From positions 96,001 through 160,000 of the forward strand of contig JAZSKX010000018.1 in NCBI GenBank assembly GCA_045535075.1: a DNA stretch of 64,000 bases. Reading direction: 5' to 3'. The notes under the pieces are model-generated. The model saw only the letters and a list, made by a program, of their open reading frames with translations, did not search any database and was not told the origin of the DNA. The position numbers were made by a program, and so were the translations under genes. Positions 29,845 through 41,800 of the stretch are shown here, piece by piece (within the stretch, counting starts at the first letter, position 1; each line of letters starts with the position of its first letter). The DNA comes from Candidatus Spyradenecus sp. GTDB lineage: Bacteria > Verrucomicrobiota > Verrucomicrobiia > Opitutales > UBA953.

Positions 29845-32800
29845 TTAATAAGTGAAGCGGAAGCCGACGTTCCCGCGGTGAGAAATGTCGGAGTTCATTC
29901 CGAGATCTACCGTATAGTTGAGGAAGAGCCCCGTGTTTTCCGAAAGCGTAAAATCGAACGACGCACCGACCGAAACCGCGTCTTCCGGAAGTGCTTTTTC
30001 CGTAATCCTGCGGGAATACGCAACTCCGGTCGCTCCGACATCGGCATCCACCTCATCGTCGAGGAATTCGTGCGAATAAGCGAGGTCCAAGCCGAAGCGC
30101 GTCGGCATTTCTCCGATCGCGAAGCTATAGCTGGAACCGATACCGATGCGTGCGCGCAAGCTGTCCGCATTGAAGCTATCCGTCGTCATCGAACGCGTTC
30201 CCGTTTCTTCAATCTTTTCAACGGCGGTGTGGAGATAGGAGAGCCCGACGTAAGGCGTGAGGTAGAGATTTTCGACGGAAGTCGGAATCACGCCTCCCGC
30301 ATTCGCGAAGAGACCGGCACTCCAACCGTCGGTATCACCCTTGTTGTTCCCGTAATCGCCGCAGCGTTCGACTTCGTACGAAGCGAATCCGAAATGCGCA
30401 CCGCCTTCCGCGAAGTAGTAGTCATTGAAGACCGTTCCCGCGTAAATGGTAGCACGATAGCTGTCCATCGAGATTTCGCCTTGGTTGTCATGGATATCGG
30501 CAGTTCCGCGATCATACGCGAGAGCCATCCCGAAAACAGTCGATTCGCTCAGGCGGACGTCCCCGCCGACGAGCGCACCATAGGTCGAGAAGTCAAATAC
30601 CGCCGAGTCAGAACGATCCGAGCCGTTTTCAACCGACATCGATTGCGCCTGCGCAAAGAACTGCCACTCGTCCTTGTTGCTCAAGGTCTCGAACCGGCGC
30701 TGTTCCATGCGGCGATGCAAGCTTTGGACATCCTGATTGAATACTTCCGTGGGCATCGCCACCATCGCGGCGTAAGCAAGATTCATGTCCGGAGAAACCG
30801 GGCTCAAAGAAAGATGCCCGACACGGGAGTCGTAAACGTATTTAACTTCCGTTCCGTCTGCCATAATAACCGTCACGGATTCGACATCGCCGGAAATATC
30901 CGCTGCCGAACCGTCGCGATAAACGAATTCGATTTCCGGAACCTCCCATGCGCTTCGAATCGATTCATCGAGCGTAACTTCAACCGCCACATTGTCCAGT
31001 GAAACGGACGCGTCGTTCGTTAGCGAAATACGCGGAGTTTCGGCATCCTTAACGGATTCGATATCAAAGCAAATCAATGCACCGTTCCCGCCGTCCGTCG
31101 GCGTAATCGAGATGTCTTCAAGCACGACCGAACCGGATTTATTCGCCGCCGCAACAAAACCGCCGACGCGCAACTGCGTTCCCGCGTCAAGAGTTTGCGA
31201 AGCACGCGATTGCATTCCGTAAGCAAGCGCCATGTCTTGAGCCGCAAAAAGCGAAATCACGCTGTTGCCTTCGACAGACAAACCGCCGTTCGCATTCCAA
31301 ACCCCTCCATTGTTCAAAACAACCGAACCGGATTCGACCTTGAAGAAATCGGAAGTATTCAATGTCGTCTTATCCGAGACACTCAAGATCCCGCCGAATC
31401 GTTTTTCCGCACTCTGCCAGTTGAGAACGCCGCCGCCGATTGCGGAAAGGCTTCCGCTTCCGCGAATAACCTTGTTAAGCGTTTCCGTTTTTCCTGCGAC
31501 CGTTTTCAATTCAAGCACGGCATCTTCAGAATCCAGAAGCACTTGGGCAGACTTTCCGAGCGAAGCCAACGAAACCGCACGAAGCACGCCGCTCTTGACA
31601 GTTACCATTCCCGTAAAGTCATTTGAAGGATTAGAAATCTCCAATCGCCCTTCTCCGACTTTCGTAAATGCTCCTTCTCCGGAAATCAATGCGGTAATCG
31701 ATGAATTTTCCGCCGAGCCGACGCGAATTTCGGCATCTTTTCCGAGAATGAGAGATGCCTTTTCGTTCCCGACAGCATCGCCCTTTTCAGCCACAAGGGT
31801 CGAACCGGACTTGAGATCGAAACAACCCTCAAAATCTGCGGACGAACCGGATAGCGTCATCGCAATTCCCAAGCCGGTTTCGACGGAAATCGTTCCCGCG
31901 CCCTCAAAAGATCCCGAGAACACATCGGCAACCGTTTGCCCGGAAGCCGGCGTCAATTCAAACATCAAGTTTCCGTTTTCGCCTTCAAATGCGATTGTCC
32001 CGTTGCCGAACGAAGTTGCCTGCCGAGCCGTTGCAACAGCATTATCAGCCTTCAGGCTAAAGGTTCCGACAAACTCATCGCTGTCGGCAGTCAGAATCAG
32101 ACGATCCGCCAAAGCATAGTTGACCGTTCCTTCGCCTTTCAGTTCCTTACCGAAACTTCCTCCGAACGCCAAGTCAAGCTGTGCGTTACGAATCACTTCA
32201 AGCGTTGTGCTCTTACGGCTATCGCCGAGCGCTCCCGCGTCTGCCAGCTTCAGCGTTCCTTCCGCGACAAGCGCGTTCCCGCCGAACATCGCATTTGAAT
32301 GTGCGAGAGTCAGCGTTCCGCCGCCGGATTTTCTGAAGTCGCCCAAGCCGGAGAATGCGAGCATGAATGTAGCATCCTTAGACGAAGCCACTTCCAAAAC
32401 AGCACCTTCCGCGATAGTCGTTTTCGCCGAACCGATTGCATCAACCTCCATCAATTTCAGCGTTCCCGCAGCGATATTGACGAAATCTTCCGAGGTAAAC
32501 GCACTCATTTTGGAAGCAACCGTAAGAGTGCCTTCTCCGAGCTTTTCAAAGCTCCAAACCCCGTCGCCGACCTTGCCGGTGAAGACGGTATCCAAATCCG
32601 CAAAGCCTGTGGCTCCGAATTTCTGCGTGTCCACGAGAAGCGTTCCCGTAGCATTCTCCGCCAAAACAAGGTCGCTTGCAAACTGCGAAGCATTATTCGC
32701 AGAGAGATTCAAGCGCACCGTTGCTCCGTCCGCGAGCGTCGTCGCTCCGGTATAATCATGAGCGGAATTAAGAATCAGGCTTGCGTCTTTACCGACAGTA

Positions 32801-35800
32801 ACCGTTCCCGCGCCCGTGATTTTATAGGAATCGGAGGCGGCGATTGTCAAATCTGCGCCGTCATTTACGCTCAACGATGTCGGAGCGACATTCGAACCGA
32901 GGCTCACCGTTGCGTCGCTTGCAAAGGTAACACGGTCGGAATTCATGTAAGCCGTATCCGTTGCTTTGCTTGAGTCGTTGTTCTTCCAAGACTTTCCGTC
33001 GCCGGTCGCCCAAGTTCCTTCCGAAGCATTCCACGTCAGGCTGTAAATTTCGTTCGTAAGCGAGAGCGATCCGTTTGTGCCGAGTTCGAGGCTTGCGCGG
33101 TCAGAGAGCGCCGCGCCGGAACCGATTGTGAAGTTGCCCTTGTCGAGCGCCGTCCAACCGTCCAAAGTTGCACCGGTGTTTACATCAAAGACTTTGTAAA
33201 CGACCGTTGCCGTCTCGCCGAGAGTGTTCGGAGAGGTGTGCGTCGGATAATCATCCGCTGTGAAATCACTCAAATTGAACACTAGGGCATCGGACTTCGT
33301 AATCGTCGTCGTTCCCGTAACGATGAGCGAAGCTGCATCCTTTCCGCCGAGAACAATTGTTCCGCCGGAAAGTTCGGTTGCGCCGGCAAGCGTTACCGCC
33401 GCCGCAGAAACATCTAAAGTTCCGCCGTTCGCAGTCAACGCGTCTAACGTTGTTCCCGTAGCGGAAACCTTCAGAAGAGCCACCGCATTGTTTCCAATTT
33501 CGACATTTCCAAGCGTTCCGCCTGCCAAGTCAATATTTGCAACATTCGTTCCCGTAGCGAGCGTCAACTTTCCGATATCGGATTTCTTGAGCGTTCCCGC
33601 GCCGGAAACAGTAGCTTCAAGGGCGTAGTCATCAGCAGTGCTGAGCTCCAAAATCCCTCCGGCAACTTTCAGAGAGCCGGCGCCGGAGAGTTTTCCGGAG
33701 AGAGTCAGCGTATTGGAACGCACCTTTTCAAGCGTCGTTCCCGCCTCAAGAGAAACGGTTCCGGCGAAGCTTTGGTCCTTCAAACCTCCGAAGGAAAGCG
33801 CACCCTCCTTCACGGAAATCGAACCCGTTCCCGCGAGCGCTCCCGAAAGCGTCAACGTATTCGCTCCGATTTTTTCGAAAGCCTTGGACGCATTGACCGT
33901 AAGCGTTCCCGCAAAGCTCTGAGCGTTTGCACCGCCGACGGCAAGAGTCCCGTCCGAAACCGTAATCGCAGACTTGGAGTCGCCCTTAATTATTTCCGAG
34001 ATTGTAAACTTCTCGGAGCCGACTTTTTCGAATGTAGCCGATCCGCTAAGTTCCAGCGTTCCCGCGAAATTGCTTGCCGAATTCGCTTTGAGCGTTGCTC
34101 CCGAATCCACGGTAAGCGTTCCCGTGAGTTCGCTCACATCGCCGGAGAGCGTAGCGGATTTTGCCAAACTCAAACGTCCGTTACCGGAGAAATCGTTCTC
34201 GAATCCGGCGTCGGCGCCACCAAGCGTCACGCTACCGGAAACTTCGACGGAACTTTCACCGAACGCCTTCGCATTCTGCGCGATTGCGTTTCCGGAAACA
34301 GCCGTTTTCCCAGTGTAAGTATTCGCCTGAGTCAATGTCACGGTCCCTTCGCCCGAAAGCGTCAGCGCTGCATTATCCGGCGTCGAGCCCGTAATCACAT
34401 TGTTGACAACGACCGAGGTTTCCTTCGCCGCAGCGACTTCAAGGGTCCCGCCGGAAAGCGAAAGCGTTCCCGTGCCCAAAGCGTTTGTTTCCGAAACAAG
34501 AATCTTTCCTTCTTTGAGCGATACCGCGCCGCTGTAAGCGTTTTGGCTCGCATCCGCAGCCAATGTTCCCGCACCCAGTTTTTCGAATCCGACAGAACCG
34601 GAAAGCGTATTGGCTCCGTTGAGTGTCGCGGAGAACGAAGCGTCAATTGTATTATTCAAAACAAACGTTCCCGTTCCGGAAACTTTATTTTTAAATGTCG
34701 GGACCGCACCGGCGACGACGGAGAGCTGGAAGCTTGCCCCGTTTCCGACAGTTGTCGTTCCGCCCAAAACCGATCCGAAGCCTTTCAAAGTCAAATCGAC
34801 GTTATCGGCAACGACGATTTCTGCCGGAATGAGATTCCCGGAAATTTCGACTTCGGCGTTATTTTCGAAGCGTACGGTGTCGTAATCGGCAAACGCGATT
34901 CCGGCGCCGTCGCTCAATTCCCAGTTCATCTTCTGATTATCCCACGTTCCCGTGCTTCCGGCGTTCCAGATAATCGTTTGAGAGGTGAGCGTAATCGTTA
35001 CGTCGCCGCTGTTTCCGATGTCGACATTATAGTGAGCATCGATTTCTTTCCCGGAAATACGGATATCTTCAAAGCCGACCTTGTCCCAGCCGATGAGCGT
35101 AAGACCGGAGTCAAACACTTGGACGCTTGCCGTCTTTGTATTCGGATCATCCGTATCCTGCAACGACAGGTTTTGGAAGTTGAAGATGAATCCGTCGCTG
35201 ATTTCAACACTTGCCGTTCCGGTAAAGTATGCAGTCTCATGAAGGCTTTCGAGAGAGAGCGTTCCCGCTTTCAGGGCGAGAGTTCCTTCGAGAGCGACCG
35301 AATCCGCCGCCGTCACGGCAACCGTTCCCGTAGCTTTATCGAGCGTCCAATTTTTCATTGTTCCGCCGGAGACGCTTGCGCTGACGGATGCGGTCGACGT
35401 ATCCAAGTTCAACCCGGCGAGCGTTCCGCCTTCGAGAACAAAGGTTCCGTTAAATTCGCCGAGACTTGCGGATGCAATATTCATCGTTCCCGCGACTTGG
35501 CGAATATTTCCGTCTCCGCTGACAGTAGTTGCGAGAGTTGTAATCACATCATCGGCGGAAGCATTTATGAGAGAGGTGTCTTTTTCGAGTTTGACGATGC
35601 CGCTTGCCGTCGTATTGGCCGTCGGCGCGTACTTGAGAGCCGAACCGCCCGCGATTTCCGCGACGACGCTGTCGGAACCGAGCTTTCCGGCGACCGTCAA
35701 AGTTGCCTTGTCCGTCACGGCATATTTTCCGCTAAACGTATTTACCCCGCCAAGAGTCGTATCTCCCTTCGCGTTGACCGTTCCCGTGCCGGCAATAACG

Positions 35801-38800
35801 TTATTAACCGCAGTGGATTCTACAGCTCCCGTTTCGAGTACGCCGTCCTTAGCGATAGTAAGCGTTCCCGTGCCGAGTGCGCTGTCGCTGCCAACCTTAA
35901 GCGTTCCGCGAGCAATCGTCGTCCCGCCGGAATACGTATTTTCGCCCGAAAGCATTACCGTTCCCGTGGAGTCGAGTTTTACGGAGCCGCTGCCTTCGAT
36001 TACCTTGGAAACTTCCAAACTCGCGTCCGCATTAACGACATCCCACGCGAGCGTTCCGCCGCTAAGCTGAATGCGTTGATTCGTTTCGTTTTCGACAACA
36101 TAGCTCGTTCCCGCTCCCGAATAGCGATAAGTGGATTCTCCGCCGTTGACCGTAAATCCGACGCGCGCACTCGTTTCCGGGCTCTGCGCCGCCGTCACTT
36201 CAAGAACCGAATTTGCATTCAAACGAATGCGATCCGAATTGAAATTCGCACCGAAATTGGAACCGGCACCCCAAGCCATATTGGCAATTTTAACTGTCCC
36301 GCCGTTGACGACGAGCGTTCCGTTGCCTCCGGAATCTTCCTTACGGGAAGCCTGTGTCAAATCAAGTGTTGCGTCCGCCCCGACGGTAATCATTCCCGGA
36401 TTATTGAACGTTCCCAAGATAGCGACATTCGCGTCCGCAACGATTTTCAGATCCTTTCCATTGAAGTCCAAATTAGCGGAACTTGCCGTATTGAACGTAA
36501 GGTCGCCGCCTGCCGTAACCGCGTTAACAAAGCGGACAGTTCCGTCGTCAATCTTAATTGTACCCGGCGTAACCGTCGTATTGCACAGGAAGAACGTATT
36601 GGAACCGGTTTTGGTGAGCGTGTGTCCCGCCAAATCAAGCGTGTTGGCGCCCCATCCGCTGGAAACCATACCGAAGTTGGAAGTTCCGCCGACGGACGAA
36701 TCCGCCGTAAGCGACATTCCGCCCGCAAGCTGTTTGGAACCGTCTCCGATTTCGTCGCCGGTGTTAATCAAAGCACCGCCGGCGAGGATATAATTGCCGT
36801 AGTTCTTGTCTCGCGTTTGACCGTTCAAATCAAGCGTTCCGTTTTCGCCGATGACGACGGAAACCGTTGCCGCGCCAAGTGCAGAAGACTTGCCCAGCTT
36901 CAGCGTTCCCTCGGAAACAAGTAAAGTTCCTTCAAACCATTCTTTCTCTCCGGAAAGCACGAGCGTTCCCGCGCCGAGCTTTTCAAAGATTCCGTCACCG
37001 TAATCGTAAACCGTTCCCGCGTAGGTCGCCGTTTCGCCCTCCGAGACAGAAAGACCGAAAGCGCCTTCCTGAATTTGAACCGTTTGGAGCACTTCCGAAG
37101 CGTCGGCAGCGACAACCAATTTACCTTCGCCTTTTTTGACGATGCTTCCGCTTGTCGCGACCGTTTTTTCAAAGGCAATCGTTGCGTCTTTTACAACGGA
37201 AACTTCGCCCATGCCGGAAAGCGTCCCGGCGTCGTCGCTACTCGCGGCGAAAACAAGCTTTGCCGCCGTTCCCGCATCGTCCGCAAGCCCCGTGAAAGTA
37301 TAATTTCCGAGAACATTCAAACGCTTTGCGTTGACTTCTCCTTTAATGGTTGCGGTTTCCGTCGCGTCTGCCGCCGTTGCCATGAACTTGTACTTCCGGA
37401 GCGTCGGAGCCGCAGAATAATCTTTCCCGTTAAACTGCGAAGCCGACCAAATCTTGTCGTTTCCGGGCTCGGTCGCATCGGGATTCCAAACGAGCGTGAG
37501 ATAATTTTCGCCCGCCGTAAAAATCACATTCTTAGAGGCGTCTACGGAAATCGTTCCCGCACCCGTTCCTCCGGAGACGATAAAGTCTTCCGCCGTTCCC
37601 GCGTAATTCGTGAACAGCGTCATCGTCAGATTGTCGTCATCGAAGTCAACACCGGAAACATCAATGGTCGTCTTAGAGAAGCTGACATCCGTAAGCGCGA
37701 CACCGGAGAAGCTCGTATCAACGGACTCCGTGAAATACCAGACCCCGCCGGAAACATTCCCTTCGCCGTCTTCAACGCCGCCAAAGCTCAAATTTTTCAC
37801 ACTTCCGGAGGCTTTAACGGACACATTGCCGGTAAGTTTGATTGCATCGCTGACGCCGTCGGCTTTCGTCAGATTCCCGCCGGCAAGCGTCAATGTGCCC
37901 GAACCGACAGCGGAAGCACTCCCTACGGCAAGTGTTCCGTTTTCAAGAATCGTGCCGCCCGAATAGTTATTATTTCCGGAAAGCAAGACCGTTCCCGCGC
38001 CCGTAAGTTTAACGGAGCCGATTGCGGAAATCGTCTTTGCAATGTTCAAGACGGCATCCTTATCGACAACATCGAGCGTAAGCGCTTTCGAGATGTTAAT
38101 CGCTCCTCCTCCGGCATTGATATAGCTCGTTCCCGTACCGGAATAACGATAAGTTCCTTCGTTGACCGTGAGCCCGGCGGATTCGCTTCCGCTCGCCTGC
38201 GCCGCCGTTACATCGAGAACGCCGCCGTCCCTGAGGGTAATGCGATCCGAATTAAAATTCGCTCCGAAATTGGAGCCTGCGCCCCAATTCATTTTTGCCA
38301 TCTTGACCGTCCCGCCGGCGATAACGAGCGAACCGCTCCCGCCGCCGTTTTCCTTACGGGAAGCCTGCGTCAAATCAAGCACCGCGCCCTTATTAACGGT
38401 AATCGTTGCCGGGCTGTTAAAGGTTCCGGCAATGGTAACATTCGCATTTTCGAGAATCTCGAAATTCTTGCCGTTGAAGCCCAAGTTAGCAGAATCCGCG
38501 ATATTAAATGTAACGTCGCCGTCCGCTTTCAGCGTATTAACAACTTGAATGACACCTTCCTCAACCTCAATGGTCCCGGACGTAATCGTCGTGCTGGCGA
38601 GGAAGAACGTATTAGAGCCGGTCTTTGTAAGCGTGTTCCCGCCGAGCTCAAGCGTATTCGCCGCATAGCTACTGGAAATCATCCCGAAGTTTGCCGTTCC
38701 GCCGACGGACGAATCCGCCGTGAGCACAATCGTTCCCGCACCGGAGGCAATTTGAGCATTTCCGGAGCCCGTTTCAACACTTGCGGACAGCATCCCGCCG

Positions 38801-41800
38801 GCGAGGATGTACTTGTTGGTAGAGCCGTCCATGTTTACGGCGAGATCTAAAACGGCACCGTTGCCGACCGTAATCAAGCCGCTTCCCAAAGCATTCTTAT
38901 TCGTAATTTTCAGCGTTCCGTCGCTGACGAGCGTTCCGCCGGAATAATTTTGGGCAGACGAAAGTTCGAGCGTTCCCGCACCGAGTTTCTCAAAACTACC
39001 GGAGCCGGAAATCGTTCCCGCAAACGTCACCGTTCCGTCTGCGACGCTGAGTCCGAACGCGCCTTCCGCAATATTGACAGAGTCAAAGACTCCGGTAGCA
39101 TCTGCCGCGACGACAAACGTTCCCGCGCCTTCCTTGGCCAGCGCCCCGCTCGTCGCAATCGTTTTGTCGAAAGTAAGGGTTTTTCCTTCGTCAACCGTTA
39201 CCTTGCCGTCAATTGTCAGCGCCGAGGTTTCTGCCGTTCCCGTCGAAAGGGTCGCGCTTTCCGTTGCCGTAATGCTTCCGACAACAATATTTCCGGCAAC
39301 CGTAACATTTGCATTCGCAGAACCGAATGTAACGGAGTCGCCGTTTTCGAAAGTCGTTGTTCCGCCGGCAGCCTGGCTTGCCCAAAGCGTTGCGCCGCGA
39401 TTTTCCCATTTTGCATCCGCGGAATCCTGCCAGATCAAATCCGTATAAACTTTCTTCACCAAGTCGAGAACCAGCTTGTTGTCCTCAACGGAGAATACCG
39501 CACTCGCGCGGGAAGAAGTTTCGCCGCCGAAAGAAAGGTTGCTTTCACTCAGAGCGGAAGTATCTAAATTGAGCGTTCCCGCGCTGATAAGTTCGTAGGT
39601 TCCGCTGGAGAAATTCGCAGCAAAATCGAATTTGATGTCGGAGCTCAAATCTGCGGTCCCCGCCACCGAATACGCCGTTCCCGTGAAAACGGAACCGAAC
39701 GCGAGTGTTGCCCCGGAAGCCAAAGTCAAATCTCCTGCCGAGACGGAGGCATCCCCGCGCCCGAGCGTCGCGCCGGAAGCAACCGAAACCGTTCCCGTGC
39801 CAAGCGCGGAAGCACTTCCCGCGACAAGTTTGCCCGCCGAAACGCTTATGTTGCCGTCGAGCGTATTTTCACCCGAAAGCGTGATTGTTCCCGTCGAATT
39901 GACGACGATTTCGCCGCTTCCCGAAAGTGCATTTGCGAAATTGCCGCTTCCGGCGGAAAATTCCAAGGTTGCGCCGGATTCAACGGCAAGCGCGCCCGTA
40001 CCGAGCGCCGTCGCCGAAGCCGCGATAAGTTTGCCTTCCGCAACCGTTCCGCCCTTAATCCAGTAGCGATTATCGCCGGAAAGCTTCATCGTTCCCGCGC
40101 CGGTTTTGGTAAGAGCAGTCTGCACATCCGGTTGTTGGGTGTAAATCTGTCCGTAATTGGTCAGCCAACCGGAAACTTCCAAATCAACACCGTCTGCCGT
40201 CGTTCCCTTGGCAACGTTGAAGGTCCCGTTTTTACGCAAGCCGATAGTTGCAGAAATAAGCGCCGTAGTATCGGAAGCCAACGTTGTGATTCCCTGATTA
40301 GAATCATAAAGGTCGATCTTGGAATTTTCACCGCTTACGCCGGCAGTTCCCGTAACTTTACCGCCTTTAAGCGTAATTCCTCCGGTAAACGTCTGATTTT
40401 GTCCGCCGCTCGGCGTTGCATCTGTTTCAATGCGCAATTCCCCGCCTTCGTTAACAATGAGCGATGTAATCGCGGTGGCGCCTCCGCCCCAGCCGGTCGC
40501 ATCACCGGCAGTCAGGCGGACAAGCCCTCCGTCATTGACCGTTACGGTCCCGCGGAGCACGCTGGACTGCCCGCCGGCTGCAAGAGTGAGCTCTGCGTTT
40601 TCAACCGTTATTCCGTTTGTCGCAGTCGTCTCGCCGCCGGAGAAATTCGCCGTTCCGCCGGAAATTTTCAAGGTTCCGACCGTATTTGTTCCGCCGGAAA
40701 CGGCAAGAGAGCCTTCCGAAACTTGGAGCGTTCCGTCAAATCCGAAGCCGGAAAGAGAAATCGTTCCCGCGCCGATTTTTTCAAGCGTTCCCGAGCCCGA
40801 GAACATCGAAGGCAAGGCGACACTTTGATCCGCGCTTACCGAGAAGCCGAGCGTCGCGCCTTCCGAAATTTCCGCCATAATTGCGGACTTCAAAGACTCT
40901 GCAGACAGAAGATTGACGCGGCCTTCCGTAATTTGAGCGCTTGAGAACAGCGATGCTGCCGCGCCGGACAACTCGAGCGTTCCCGTGCCCGCTTTTTTAA
41001 GCAAGCCCGTCGTTCCCAAAGAAGCATCGATCGTTGCCGTTTTCCCGTCGGCGACCGTGAGTGCTGTTCCCGCCGCCAACGCCAAAGATGCCCCGCTGTC
41101 GGCAACTGCCGTAAACGTTACATTTTCATTAACGATAATTCCGCCCGGCTGAACCGCGCCTTCGACGGCAACGCTCGCTCCTGCGGTATTAAAGATAACC
41201 GTGTCGCCGTTTTCAAATTTCGGGGTCGCTCCGGTTTCCGTCGCAATTTGACTGCTCCAAAGCGTATCGCCCTGATATTTCCAAGTCGCGCCGTTTCCGC
41301 CGATCCAAGTCAAATCCGTGAAGACCGGCTTGGCGAGTTCGAGCTTCAGGACGTTCCCGTCCAAGACAAAGACCGCTCCGACGCGCTCTGTCGCCGCCAG
41401 CCCGCCGAAAAGCAGGTTGTTGCGGTTCATCGTATTGACATCCGTCGCCGTAATACCGTTGAGCGTCGCGCCTTCCGCCAGGATGTAGGTGATTTTTTCT
41501 GCACCGCCGAGAGCCGGAGACAAATCAAAAATCATTCCCTTGTCGAGAGTCAGCGTTCCCGTAGTCGTCAAAGCCGCCGTATCCGTCGAAAGCATTCCGA
41601 GCGAAAGAGTCGACCCGCTCGAAGCCGAAAGGGAAGGAAGGGTAAGTGAATCCAAAGCCTGAGCGTCCAAGGTTCCGGCAGAAAGAACGACGCCTCCCGT
41701 TCCCAGGGCGTTCGAGTTTCCGACAACCAACGTCCCGCCGGAAATTTCCGTTCCGCCGGTGTAGGTGTTATTACCCGAGAGCGTCAGCGTTCCCGCGCCC

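Noticed and set aside
33772..36924. 1050-aa plus-strand ORF (also 29359-31002 and 37075-38850) antisense to the autotransporter
   Set aside because: Shadow ORFs: Arg-rich, no recognisable motifs, explained by the codon bias of the real minus-strand gene.
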